Shown here one piece after another: positions 10,295 through 20,344 of a DNA stretch of 64,000 bases. The DNA is from Bythopirellula sp. Its GTDB lineage: Bacteria > Planctomycetota > Planctomycetia > Pirellulales > Lacipirellulaceae. A program made the position numbers and the translations under genes. A model generated the notes under the pieces. It had not been told where the DNA came from, ran no database searches, and saw nothing but the letters and a program-made list of their open reading frames with translations. Positions within the stretch are counted from its first letter, which is position 1. Every line of letters begins with the position of its first letter. Location: NCBI GenBank assembly GCA_965216565.1, contig OZ244170.1, positions 4,960,001 to 5,024,000 of the forward strand, written 5' to 3'.

Positions 10295-11105
10295 TGTCGC
10301 CCTCCTGGATCTGTCCTTGTTGAAAGCGACGGATGACGCGGCCCACAGCACGATCGGGTTCGGTAGTCAAAATCTCGGCACGGCCCAGATAACGATCGCC
10401 GCGGAATACTTCGACGGTATGGCCAGGTTTTAGTCCATCGTCGGAGCCAATAGAGACCTCGATCAGCTGGCTGCCCGCGTTACGCCGGGTGGCCTTCACT
10501 TGACCGCGAACTTGTGGGACGACCGATTTGGGATCGGTGTCGGGATTAATACCATTTTCATTCAAGAGCACTCGCTTTTGGCCCAGTTCGGCTACGAGTT
10601 GCACGTTGCGTTCTTCTAGAGAGTCGAGCCTGCCTTTGGACTGATGCAGCTTGTCGGTCGCCGCAATCATCGCGCGGAATGCCTCGTCGCGTTTCTCTTG
10701 ATTTTCGAGGTTCGCATCCCGCAGGTTGCCCACCTCTTCGGTGAGTTTCTCGTTGTTCGCCTGGGTCGATTGCACCGCGGCGGTGTTGGCTCGCTCTTTC
10801 TGTCGCAGTTGGTCCAGATCGTTTTGGAGTGTGTTATTGAGCGAGAGCAGCGTAGTCCGCTCGGTCTCTAGCTTCACGGCCTGACGACGCAGATCTTCCG
10901 CCTCGGCAGTGAGAGTGGTTTGCAGACTTTGCAGTCGGCTTTCAAGTTCCACGTTATCGCGCGTGGCTTGAGAGAGGTTGCTCTGCAGCTTTTCCGCTTC
11001 GGCCTTCCAATTCTTGTGCGTGGCGTAGACGTTGATCGACACCCACATCATGAACAATGAGGCAATGCAGATTAGTCCCGTTAATATTTTGCCAAGGAAA
11101 CTCAT
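10266..11105 (-). CDS. Membrane-anchored coiled-coil protein with C-terminal beta domain
   Basis: N-terminal TM, long heptad-rich region, C-terminal IEVSIGSDDGLKPG...V.RG..YLG beta-rich domain; GAGG RBS. Confidence 0.8.
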   Translation of the reverse strand: MSFLGKILTGLICIASLFMMWVSINVYATHKNWKAEAEKLQSNLSQATRDNVELESRLQSLQTTLTAEAEDLRRQAVKLETERTTLLSLNNTLQNDLDQLRQKERANTAAVQSTQANNEKLTEEVGNLRDANLENQEKRDEAFRAMIAATDKLHQSKGRLDSLEERNVQLVAELGQKRVLLNENGINPDTDPKSVVPQVRGQVKATRRNAGSQLIEVSIGSDDGLKPGHTVEVFRGDRYLGRAEILTTEPDRAVGRVIRRFQQGQIQEGDNVATKLRIG

Positions 11106-11314
11106 CGAATCTCACTTCCTCTGGGACCGCCTCGCAAGACAAGCTGTGCGTGCTTTAGGCGTGTCGAATCATTTGTACGGTTGAGCTTCCAATGCCTGTT
11201 CTCACTCGAATTCTAGCCAGCTTCCGGAGCAGGGCAAACGACCGGAGTTCTTAGAAATCGTCTTCCAAGAGCCCCGCTTACCTTGCGCAGACTAGAGATC
11301 GTTCCATTAAAAGC

Positions 11315-11344
11315 AGTATAATCAGGGGGCGAATTGAGTGTCAA
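11315..11344 (-). promoter_or_regulatory. Near-consensus sigma70 promoter for 10266..11105
   Basis: Minus strand reads TTGACA-N18-TATACT, implying a 5' leader of about 200 nt. Confidence 0.6.
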
Positions 11345-11674
11345 TTTTTTGGCCTGTGTCCATCAAGAAAGCCCGCAAAGGAGGGCCGATTGTGACACTT
11401 GTGAGGCCCAAGGAGCTGAATGGGGCTCCCGGTGGTGGGCTTTGGAGAAAATTCGGGGCGTCAGGGGTCTTATCGAATACGATTTGAGGACTCGCTTAGC
11501 GGCCCAGGACGATGCAGCCTGTGCCTCGAGGCAACTTACCCAATCTGGTATATAGATGCTGATTTGGGTCGCTCTTACCTGTGCACGTCAGGCGCGCTAG
11601 ATACAGCCGGAGGCATTCTCGCAAACCACACCAACAGTACGTGTTAGCAATTATCCGTTTCAGCACAACTAGTC

Positions 11675-11717
11675 AAACAATAAAGACCCCGCTAGCTATG
11701 CCAACCAGCGGGGTCTT
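11675..11717 (-). terminator. Terminator of the sulfatase gene
   Basis: 11-bp stem AAGACCCCGCT/AGCGGGGTCTT followed by TATTGTTT on the minus strand. Confidence 0.65.
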
Positions 11718-11748
11718 GCACAAAACACTTCTTAGAGCCAAGAGTGAA

Positions 11749-13335
11749 CTAGTGCCCACCCCCAGGTGTACTGAGCCTACTTAAGGCATCTGCTGGCCCA
11801 AATGAACCGCTCTTTTGGCTAGGTGGATACTTCACGAAGGTCTCGACGAATTGTGCCACCACTGATTGGGCAGGCACAAACGTCCACATCTTATCTGCGT
11901 ACCAACGGAAGTACATCTTGGATTCACGCATGAACCGCTCGAAAGGGTCTTGCCTAAGACTAATAACATAGGGCATGTTAACAGGTCGCAATATGGAATC
12001 AGCCAGATTTCCTTCTTGGACTTGAAAGTGAATCTTCCAATCATTGACTCGAACGGCATTTAGATTCGCATTGTCATCGAAATAGAATATCTCACGTCGA
12101 GGGCCTGTTTCCACTTCGCCTTTGAAAAACGGCATAAAGTTGTAGCCATCGAGATGATTCTTGAAGGTTTTGCCGTTCGCTTGATGGCCCGCCAACAACT
12201 TCTCCTTGACATCGGGGTCCCCAGCTGCTGCGACGAAAGTTGGCATCCAATCCTCGTGGGACATGATTTCATTGACAATAGTCCCTGGTTTCACGACGCC
12301 AGGCCAGCGGACTACACAGGGAACTCGCATGCCGCCTTCCCAAGTGGTTCCCTTTTCTCCGTGAAACGGTGTGCAGCCACCGTCAGGCCAAGTCATCACT
12401 TCGGCACCGTTGTCCGTAGAAACGATAACAATCGTGTTATCTGCGATCCCAAGGTCATCTAACTTCTCTAATAATTGGCCTACTACCCAATCAAATTCGG
12501 CCATTCCGTCTGCATACAATCCATGCCCTGTCTTATCCTTCCATTCCTCGGAAAGGTGAGTGAAAACGTGCATCCGAGTCAGATTGTGCCACAAGAAAAA
12601 CGGCTTGTTCGCTTCGTTAGAACGGTCGATGAAATCAAGTGAATGCTTCAAAAGGTCTTTTTCAACGGTCCTCATGCGTTCACGGGTCAATGGGCCAGTA
12701 TCCTCGATTGTTTGCTTTCCGACTTTCCCAAATCGTGGGTCGACAGTCGGATCATCTTGGTCGCTTGCCTTACAATGAAGTACACCACGCGGCCCAAATT
12801 GTTCATAGAAAGTCTTGCCATTGGGAAGAACCTTGTCTCTCGGGTACTGGGGGTCTTCTGGCTCCTCTTCTGCGTTTAAGTGATAGAGATTGCCGTAGAA
12901 TTCATCGAAGCCATGGACGGTTGGGAGATACTCGTTCCGGTCACCCAAGTGATTCTTTCCAATCTGAGCTGTCGCGTAGCCATGCGGCTTGAGTAGCTCA
13001 GCGATAGTTGGATCTTTGTGCTGCATCCCTTGTTTGGCACCTGGCATTCCAACCTTGAGTAAGCCCACCCGATATGGGTGCTGACCAGTGATGAAAGCTG
13101 CACGGCCAGCCGTACAGCTTTGCTGTGCGTAGTAGTCGGTGAAACGAGCACCTTCACGAGCGACTCGATCGATATTTGGTGTGCGACCTCCCATCATGCC
13201 CTGGTGGTAGCAGCTAAAGTTGTTCCATCCGATGTCATCGCCCCAGATAACGAGAATATTTGGCTTGTCTGCTGCATTCACAAATGAAGTCAGCAAACAA
13301 GCAGAAAAACTAAGAACTAAGAAACTGTGTCGCAT
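11749..13335 (-). CDS. Arylsulfatase (formylglycine-dependent sulfatase family), secreted
   Basis: KPNILVIWGDDIG, SCTAGRAAFITG, GKNHLG, STDNG, GEKGTTWEGGMRVP. AGGAG RBS before MRHSF; signal peptide. Confidence 0.93.
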   Translation of the reverse strand: MRHSFLVLSFSACLLTSFVNAADKPNILVIWGDDIGWNNFSCYHQGMMGGRTPNIDRVAREGARFTDYYAQQSCTAGRAAFITGQHPYRVGLLKVGMPGAKQGMQHKDPTIAELLKPHGYATAQIGKNHLGDRNEYLPTVHGFDEFYGNLYHLNAEEEPEDPQYPRDKVLPNGKTFYEQFGPRGVLHCKASDQDDPTVDPRFGKVGKQTIEDTGPLTRERMRTVEKDLLKHSLDFIDRSNEANKPFFLWHNLTRMHVFTHLSEEWKDKTGHGLYADGMAEFDWVVGQLLEKLDDLGIADNTIVIVSTDNGAEVMTWPDGGCTPFHGEKGTTWEGGMRVPCVVRWPGVVKPGTIVNEIMSHEDWMPTFVAAAGDPDVKEKLLAGHQANGKTFKNHLDGYNFMPFFKGEVETGPRREIFYFDDNANLNAVRVNDWKIHFQVQEGNLADSILRPVNMPYVISLRQDPFERFMRESKMYFRWYADKMWTFVPAQSVVAQFVETFVKYPPSQKSGSFGPADALSRLSTPGGGH

Positions 13336-13680
13336 GGATGTCTCCTCTTTTAACGCACAGAAAAGTAAACGGCAGGAAGTCGTCACAATTGAACTTCTGC
13401 TGCGGATGAGTAAGAACTGCCCAAGGAGCATAACATACTGCCACCAGAAACACACTAACTTGGATTGGATAGTCCAAAGCAGAATGAGACATGTGATCTG
13501 GAAAAGTCGGGAGTGTATCAGCTTGCCTACGACCAGCAATTGGCAATGTGTAGCGAGGTATCCCTTTGATCGAGTCATGTAGAATACCGAATTAACTGAA
13601 CGATACCAAAGGACCAAGCCGTTGAGAAAGGAGACAACATTAGCACATTGAAGCTACGTTGCGTCGGAGTGAAACTCAGA

Positions 13681-13700
13681 TGCTAGTTAGCTAACTAGCA
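13681..13700. promoter_or_regulatory. Perfect 20-bp palindrome upstream of the sulfatase (candidate operator)
   Basis: TGCTAGTTAGCTAACTAGCA is its own reverse complement, with no loop. Confidence 0.4.
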
Positions 13701-13750
13701 CAGGACGATGAAGCTGAGGTAGTTAAGTCACCGCAATGAGCCGTAGGCGT

Positions 13751-13920
13751 TACATACCGTAGCCCAGGGTTGATCGCGATGCGATCTACCCTGGGTCTTA
13801 ATCGACATCATCTCTACCCTGAAAGGGTTGTACACTTTGTGAAACCCTTTCAGGGTATATTTTGGAGCCTTTACATACCCAGGGTAGCGACTGCGCCGCA
13901 ACCCTGGGCTACGGTATGTA
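13751..13920. repeat. Nested palindromic REP doublet (REPIN/MITE-like), family C
   Basis: Perfect inverted arms of 22 bp (13751-13772/13899-13920), 11 bp (13786-13796/13877-13887) and 15 bp (13815-13829/13843-13857). GTAG sits 5' of the CCCAGGG hairpins. Confidence 0.85.
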
Positions 13921-14007
13921 TCCCCTTCGGGGAATGCCCGGGCGTGAAACACCGAGGTTGGTTAGCGTCCACCCAGACGGCACTTTTTCCGGAAGCTATT
14001 GCCGTCG

Positions 14008-14775
14008 CTACCAGCGCTCTTCGGGCCGGCGGAGCACCTCGTTGGCTACGATCAATTGGCGCATGCCCTGCGGTTTGCTGAGGAGTTGGCGGACTTCGTC
14101 GGCTACCGAGGCAGCCGATTGGCTGGCCTGATCTTCGCGGTGCTCGAGCTGTCCCACTTGATGCTCGAACGTGTCGTGCAAGCGGGCCTCAACAATGTCG
14201 TCGGCCAGCGCCACTTCGTCGCCCAACTGCTCGGCACTCTCGGTGACACTCTTGCGGCTCAGGTGACGGGCGACATGCTCTGCGACGCCTTCAGAACGAA
14301 GGGACTTCGCTTCTGGCACCGGTTGGCTGGGACGCTGAGCCGGTTTGGCGGGGCGACGTTTTCTTGGCTTGGGCTGAGGAGGACGCGGGGTCGATCGTTC
14401 CGCGACAACTTCCCGCATGGGTGGAGACTCTTCGCGACCACGTGCCCGATCGTCCCGAAATGAACCGCCTTCGTTCCGCTCTCGCAACTCGCGATCCCTG
14501 GCCGATTCGGCAGCAGGTTGTTTGCCTTCCGCTCGACGCAGAAATTCTTCCACTTCGGCTCGCAACGGATCTGCCTGGTTGGGGGGCTGCCCTTGAGGTC
14601 CGCGTTCGGCGGGGGGCCGCTTGACGCGACGGGCTTTTTGCTTCGCGCGTTTTTGGGCATCTTCACGCCCGGAGATCAGATGGCCAACTCCATAGAACAG
14701 AAACACGATAATCGTGCCGACAATCTGCCACCAATCGTCTGCGGCCAACAGCAATATTTGATCGAGCTGAATCAT
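14008..14775 (-). CDS. Membrane-anchored hypothetical protein, last gene of the floA operon (YqfB-like position)
   Basis: N-terminal TM, EVEEFLRR, Pro/Arg-rich linker, C-terminal MRQLIVANEVLRRP. Starts 11 bp after floA. Confidence 0.75.
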   Translation of the reverse strand: MIQLDQILLLAADDWWQIVGTIIVFLFYGVGHLISGREDAQKRAKQKARRVKRPPAERGPQGQPPNQADPLRAEVEEFLRRAEGKQPAAESARDRELRERNEGGSFRDDRARGREESPPMREVVAERSTPRPPQPKPRKRRPAKPAQRPSQPVPEAKSLRSEGVAEHVARHLSRKSVTESAEQLGDEVALADDIVEARLHDTFEHQVGQLEHREDQASQSAASVADEVRQLLSKPQGMRQLIVANEVLRRPEERW

Positions 14776-14786
14776 AGAATCGGCCC

Positions 14787-15812
14787 CTAGCTGCGGCGAC
14801 TATCGGTACCGGCGATTGCTTCCCGCATGTCGGTGTCGGCTTGGACATTTTTCATTTTATAGTAGTCCAAGATTCCTAGCTTGCCGGAGGAAAACGCATC
14901 GGCCATTGCCTTGGGCACCTCGGCTTCGGCTTCTACCAGGTGGCTCCGGTTCTCTTCGATCTTGGCAAAGTTCTCTTGCTCTTGCGAAACCGCCATTGCA
15001 CGACGACCCTCCGCCTGGGCTCGGGCAACGCGGGTATCGGCTTCGGCCTGATCGGCTTGCAGTCGGGCACCAATATTGTCGCCGACATCGATATCGGCAA
15101 TGTCGATCGAAACGATCTCAAAGGCTGTTTGCGAATCCAACCGACGCGCTAGCACCGCCTTGGAAATGGTATCGGGATTTTCCAGCACGTGCGCGTGGGT
15201 TGGTGCCGAGCCGATGGCGCTGACGATGCCCTCGCCGACACGTGCGACGATGGTCTCTTCGGTGGCACCGCCGATGAGCTGATCCAGGTTGGCACGCACG
15301 GTGACACGAGCCTTTACCTTCAGCTGGATACCATCTTTGGCAATCGCGTCGAGCGAAGGCCGTTTGGAGCCACGCATCGGACAGTCGATCACACGTGGAT
15401 AGACGCTAGTTTGCACGGCTTCCAGAATGTTACGCCCGGCGAGGTCAATCGCCGTAGCGCGTTTGAAATCGATATCGATAATTTTCGCTTTGCGGGCAGC
15501 GATCATGGCACGAATCACCAGGGGCACGTTGCCACCGGCCAGATAGTGGGCTTCGAGACCTTTGGTGGTAAGTCCTTCCGACTCATCGAGCCCAGCTTGC
15601 ACGGCCATGATTTTGCTGCGCACCATGACGTTGGGATTCACGCGACGAAACTTCATGCGAATCAAATCGAAGATGCCGATCCCGGCGCCTGTGGTTTTTG
15701 ACTGAATCCACAGTCGAAAAAACCTGAAGAAGACAAACAGAACCACCAGCACGACGATCAGAAATAAAACGACCAGAATCAGACTGAGGTTGACTAACGA
15801 GCCATCATCCAT
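14787..15812 (-). CDS. floA: Flotillin-like protein FloA (UPF0365/YqfA)
   Basis: [69 protein letters not shown]. Alternative start at 15833. Confidence 0.93.
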   Translation of the reverse strand: MDDGSLVNLSLILVVLFLIVVLVVLFVFFRFFRLWIQSKTTGAGIGIFDLIRMKFRRVNPNVMVRSKIMAVQAGLDESEGLTTKGLEAHYLAGGNVPLVIRAMIAARKAKIIDIDFKRATAIDLAGRNILEAVQTSVYPRVIDCPMRGSKRPSLDAIAKDGIQLKVKARVTVRANLDQLIGGATEETIVARVGEGIVSAIGSAPTHAHVLENPDTISKAVLARRLDSQTAFEIVSIDIADIDVGDNIGARLQADQAEADTRVARAQAEGRRAMAVSQEQENFAKIEENRSHLVEAEAEVPKAMADAFSSGKLGILDYYKMKNVQADTDMREAIAGTDSRRS

Positions 15813-15924
15813 CGTTTCGATCTCCGGAATCAACTGTAAGAGGTGCTAAGTTTGCGTCTGAGGAAGCAAACCTGTGTCACTGTTTTGTAGTGTTTGAGGG
15901 TACCAATTGCAAGGTGAGCCCTGT

Positions 15925-16506
15925 TTAGGACAGTGGATCGTCCAATCCATCGAGCCCTAAGTCTTCGACAGGGGTTTCCAGCAAATCTTTGGCGTAGCCG
16001 GTGTCTTGCTTCGCTTCGCCTTCATCAGCCAGACGTACAACCACGCGGTTGCCCCGAACCTCGACCACAACGACCGGTTGGCCGATGTCGATCGCAGCTC
16101 CATTGCTCACGGCGTCGACTAATCGTCCATCGACCGACACGGAGCCCGAGGGCAACATCTTCGACTTGGTAGTTCCGACGCGACCGACCAAGTCGCGCCG
16201 CCAATCGCTGGGGCGGATTTCGTCTTCCTCGGGGAGTTCGCCCAAGAAGGCCTTGCCCATGGGTGTGTGGGGCCAGTATTTGAACGCGAGCCCAATCACC
16301 GTCGGCACGCCGAATAAGGTAATTGCGACGAAGCCGAACCCGGTTGTCATATCGCGGCGGAAAGCCATGAGCACACTGCCGGCAATTGCCACCACGGATA
16401 GAAAGCCCAGGATCCCGCCTGAGGGGATGAAAACTTCCAGCACAATCAATCCGCAGCCTACGATCATCAACAGGATGGCCCAGGATAGGGGATCCAATGC
16501 ATACAT
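15925..16506 (-). CDS. Short NfeD-family protein (TM + OB-fold)
   Basis: LEVFIPSGGILG in the TM region and a C-terminal NfeD OB-fold (G...S.M.PSG.V...DAVS.G..I..G..V.VV.V.GNRVVVR). Confidence 0.88.
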   Translation of the reverse strand: MYALDPLSWAILLMIVGCGLIVLEVFIPSGGILGFLSVVAIAGSVLMAFRRDMTTGFGFVAITLFGVPTVIGLAFKYWPHTPMGKAFLGELPEEDEIRPSDWRRDLVGRVGTTKSKMLPSGSVSVDGRLVDAVSNGAAIDIGQPVVVVEVRGNRVVVRLADEGEAKQDTGYAKDLLETPVEDLGLDGLDDPLS

Positions 16507-16686
16507 GGGTAAACCTTTTCGGAATTCTTCTCTGGTAACTTTTTTCGCTTCAAGACATGAACCGCAGCGCCCGGCCATTTGTCGAGCTGCAGACACTTCC
16601 TCCGCATTTTACCACTTTAGAGGACATTTAGGCAAAGAGATCGGGGACTTGCCAAGTTGATCGTTTCTCTGGTTCGCAACCAGCAA

Positions 16687-18885
16687 TCAGGCATTGCTTT
16701 GTGCGGCAGAACGCACGATGACTCGGTTGCCCCGGGCATCGACCACTACGATCGGTTCCCCTGCGTCGAGGGCCTCGCCCTCGGCGATGACATCGAGCAG
16801 TTGATGGTCGATTTCTGCTTTCCCCGAGGGACGCAAGTGCGTGGTTGCAACGCCCTCTAGGCCGATCAGATTGGAATAATCGACTATGGATTCGTTCTTT
16901 TCCATAAACGCACGCTCTTCGGGGGGCGGGGGCGACAGCACCATCTTTCTGAACACGGGGACCTGCGGCAGAAAATAATTTGACAGCACTACCAGCACCA
17001 GGAACCCGGCACCGGCGAATACCACCGATCCCATAGAACCGACCAACTCTCGCATATCACTTTCGCTATGCGGGGCCACAAAGGTGAGGCTCGCCAGGAC
17101 CAGCGAAGAAACGATCAGTGCCCCGCCTCCCAGTCCAAAAATTCCGAACCCGGGTAGCACAAAAACTTCTAGCAGAATGAATGCCATGCCGGTAACAAAA
17201 AGTAGCACTTCGAGCCAACCCGACGTGCCGTCGAGAAATTTACTCCAGAAGAATAGCACCAGTGCCACGGTGGCAATAAATCCGCCCAGGCCCAAACCGG
17301 GCGTACGCAGTTCGAGATACAGCCCCGCAAAGCCAGTAAGTAGCAGCAGTACGCTGAATTGGGGCGAGGCGAGCGCCTCGATCAATTCCAATGCCCAATT
17401 TGGCTCCAAGACAATCGGCTCTCGGGACAGGGCGAATTGTTCCTTGAGTTCGTCGAAGCTCTCGACATTGCGCCAAGCCAGATCGAGTTCCAACGCGCGC
17501 TCGCCAGAAAATTCCAACGGGCCCTTGGCTTCGGCGATTGGTTGGGGTTGCTGCCAGTTTAAGGCGTCGGGCAAGGCTGCCATCTCCTCGCCACTCATGA
17601 TTTTTTTAGCTCCGGTAATCTTATTTTGATATTCGAGCAGTTCGATTTCCGGATCGACCATCGCGGCCAGCATCGACCAACTATGGTTTGTCTGCGGGGC
17701 GAGCGATTCGCTAAGCGAACTCTCCACCGCAAGCCGATCTGCCTCGTCTAGTTTTTCGGTAGAGCCCTGCAACCGCGCCGTGGGGTGCATTACCAGTCGG
17801 TCGCAGGACATTGCAACCAAGGCCGCCCCGCCGACCGCCTCGGAAGGAACGTAAGCCACCGTTTGTACGGCATTGGCATCCAGGCTAGCCAGCGTCGTGG
17901 CCAGTCGGAGGCACGCCTCCAAGTCGCCCCCTGCACTGTCGATGCGGACTCCTACCCAGTTCACTTGCCCAGGCTCCAAGTTGGAACCGAGAAGTGTTTC
18001 AATCTGGCCGGCGACCTTCGAGGTGATTTTACCTTGGATGTCGATGATTACAGGATTCCACTCGGTCATGTGCGCCTGATCTTCTTCCAACACATCGGCA
18101 GAAATATCGTAGGCTTGAGCGAGCGCTTCCCGGGTCGATGCCAGATACTTCACAAAACCAAACTGGCGCCCCTCTCGGCCATCAAACTCCGCAGAGGTCC
18201 CGACGGGAACTAGAACTTTTTGCGAGACGATCTCTCGACCCTCGGCAAACTCTTCCAAGTCTTCTTTAAGAATGAATTGAATACCTGTCTCGGTTTCTAT
18301 CTGCAGGACTTCCGTCTGCGGGTCGACGATGCCAATAGCGAGTGCGGTGGGAATGGTGCGACGCACATCCGAAATCTCGCGATATCCGGCGATCGTGGTC
18401 TGGCTGGTTTCGCCATCCTGCTGCAAAGCGGCATCGTTGCCTATTAGTGCCTCGGGCGCCATGACAATTTCTTCGCAAGCAAACGCGAGCAGCGCTCCGT
18501 GACCGCGTACAGAACGCGGGACAAAAGCCACAGTTTTTACGCTCGCCATTTCTCGACTGCTCAAGAAACGGGCCAGTGCATAGGCTCGCTCAAAGAGGCT
18601 GCCAGCGCCGGCGTCTAAGTCGTCGGCGCGAGGGGCGAGTTCGATTACTAAAAGTGGCCGTGAATCGCTCTTCTGGGCGCTGGCGACCGTCTGTAATTGA
18701 TCGCGAGTGCGTAGCAATCGATTGCGGAGCACCTGGTCGGCATTTCCGGTCAGCGGCAGATGCACTCGCACTAGCGCGGCTGGAATTTGCGTCGCCTCTT
18801 CGGCCAACAAGGTCCCTTCGGCACCCATTGCTGATAGGAGCAGCGATAGTAGGCCAAATAGATTTCGTCTCAATCGTAAGGTCAT
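16687..18885 (-). CDS. Long NfeD-family protein with two ClpP/crotonase-like domains, TM region and OB-fold
   Basis: Signal peptide; two TVA(F/Y)VP...A....C...VM.P.A repeats; ELRTPG.G..G; LEVFVLPGFGIFG; C-terminal LRPSGKA...DVIAEG OB-fold. Confidence 0.88.
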   Translation of the reverse strand: MTLRLRRNLFGLLSLLLSAMGAEGTLLAEEATQIPAALVRVHLPLTGNADQVLRNRLLRTRDQLQTVASAQKSDSRPLLVIELAPRADDLDAGAGSLFERAYALARFLSSREMASVKTVAFVPRSVRGHGALLAFACEEIVMAPEALIGNDAALQQDGETSQTTIAGYREISDVRRTIPTALAIGIVDPQTEVLQIETETGIQFILKEDLEEFAEGREIVSQKVLVPVGTSAEFDGREGRQFGFVKYLASTREALAQAYDISADVLEEDQAHMTEWNPVIIDIQGKITSKVAGQIETLLGSNLEPGQVNWVGVRIDSAGGDLEACLRLATTLASLDANAVQTVAYVPSEAVGGAALVAMSCDRLVMHPTARLQGSTEKLDEADRLAVESSLSESLAPQTNHSWSMLAAMVDPEIELLEYQNKITGAKKIMSGEEMAALPDALNWQQPQPIAEAKGPLEFSGERALELDLAWRNVESFDELKEQFALSREPIVLEPNWALELIEALASPQFSVLLLLTGFAGLYLELRTPGLGLGGFIATVALVLFFWSKFLDGTSGWLEVLLFVTGMAFILLEVFVLPGFGIFGLGGGALIVSSLVLASLTFVAPHSESDMRELVGSMGSVVFAGAGFLVLVVLSNYFLPQVPVFRKMVLSPPPPEERAFMEKNESIVDYSNLIGLEGVATTHLRPSGKAEIDHQLLDVIAEGEALDAGEPIVVVDARGNRVIVRSAAQSNA

Positions 18886-19145
18886 GACATGCCGATCTGG
18901 GGGCGAAGTTTTGGAACCGAATTTGATATCAACCACCAGGCTCCGATTGTTCATTCGCATCAAAAGGCCGCAGCTTGCCGTCTAGCCAGTTATATGTAGC
19001 TCGGAGAAACTTAAGACCGGCAGAATTATAGCGCGCAGCGAGTGCTCTGAACAGCAAACCCGTGCCTAACGTGTAGTGGGGCTTTAGGTTATGCGCTCGA
19101 AAGCGCAGGGGCCACTGGACAGCGGAGCCCCCGAGACGACAGAGC

Positions 19146-20087
19146 CTATTGAAGATAGTCCGAGCGGACCGCCACCCGGAGCGAACCTTCGGCCTGATGT
19201 TGGTAGCTGCCTTGGGGCGTTTGTTCAACGGAATTCATCAGCAGGGGCCCGGTGAAATCGGCCAATACTGTACGGCAGGTATCCAAGCGAATCACGACTG
19301 GACCGGTTGCTTGCAACGACAACGAACTACCAGGGCCACTGCCCATGTGAATATTGGCAGTAAACTCAGCACATGGGTGCCCGGAAAACTCTTTGATCTC
19401 TGCCAGTGTGAGTTGGAATTTGGTCACCTGTCCAATCTCCTCCCCCAAGCCAAGCATGCCGGCGGCTATCTCTTGGGGAAGCTCTAGGGTCTGTCCCAAT
19501 TTGAAGTCCCGCTCAAGGAGAAACTTCGCCAACGGGTTCGGTTTGCCGAGAGATTGCATGCTGCCAATTACAATTTCAAATTCTTCTTTCGGCGGAATCG
19601 TATTGTCTGGGTAGCGAACATTGAGTTGCCCCTCTTTGCGAGTCAGCAGATACGTCTTGCCTTCGACAGGTTGGACTTGTTCGCCCTGTTCGCTGCTGTG
19701 CTCCGGGAGCAAGTGACGAGAATGGGGGAACTTCACCCGCGCTCGCACAACTTGGCCTTGTTGAACCTCTAAGACTTCGACCTCACGCCGCTGGCCACGG
19801 CGCATAGTGGTTTCCTGTTGTTGGGCAACCTGGCCTTGCTGCACGATAGACGTTTGCAAGTTGAGTTCCATCGCCACCTGTTGCGTAACATGATCGCCAG
19901 CTTTGGCGGGCACCTGAGCAAATCGAACCCCCGTGGTTTGACCGAGAGCAGCCGTCGCTGCGGGGGAATTGTGCGTAGCCTGTTGAATGTCCTGAGCATG
20001 AACAGGTTGTTCCGCGCATGCGAGGAGGCACACCAGGACCAACTTAAGACGCATGCAGAACTTGGTTTTGTTACAGACGGTAGGCAT
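19146..20087 (-). CDS. Secreted beta-rich hypothetical protein
   Basis: 313-aa ORF with AAGGA RBS and a signal-peptide-like LKLVLVCLLACAEQPVHA. Confidence 0.7.
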   Translation of the reverse strand: MPTVCNKTKFCMRLKLVLVCLLACAEQPVHAQDIQQATHNSPAATAALGQTTGVRFAQVPAKAGDHVTQQVAMELNLQTSIVQQGQVAQQQETTMRRGQRREVEVLEVQQGQVVRARVKFPHSRHLLPEHSSEQGEQVQPVEGKTYLLTRKEGQLNVRYPDNTIPPKEEFEIVIGSMQSLGKPNPLAKFLLERDFKLGQTLELPQEIAAGMLGLGEEIGQVTKFQLTLAEIKEFSGHPCAEFTANIHMGSGPGSSLSLQATGPVVIRLDTCRTVLADFTGPLLMNSVEQTPQGSYQHQAEGSLRVAVRSDYLQ

Positions 20088-20276
20088 CTTGCCGGTCCTT
20101 ATTAACGACGGAATCCATTCACGGCCGCACCTTCAAGGAACACGTCCTTGAAGAGAGCCTCAAAGAGAAAAAAGAGAGGCGGGGTATCATCGCAGCCAGG
20201 CAAACTGGGTCAAGCTCGATCGCAGCGCCAGCACTCAGTACCTCTTTGCGACTACAGTACTGCCTGAACCTGTGGC

Positions 20277-20344
20277 AGGGACTGGCACGACGATGCTACG
20301 GTCGCAGGGAGTTCTAACCGACGTCCTGCGTCGAGCCAGTCCCT
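20277..20344. repeat. Palindromic element family E (AGGGACTGGC...GCCAGTCCCT)
   Basis: 10-bp perfect stem extended by CGACG/CGTCG, followed by an A/T run; intergenic. Confidence 0.5.

Noticed and set aside
13336..13617. 94-aa N-terminal extension of the sulfatase ORF
   Set aside because: A clear AGGAG RBS and signal peptide start at 13335, and the extension is not protein-like.
13728..14081. Short ORFs spanning the nested palindrome, considered as a transposase remnant
   Set aside because: They are translations of the repeat itself, with no HUH or catalytic Tyr motif.
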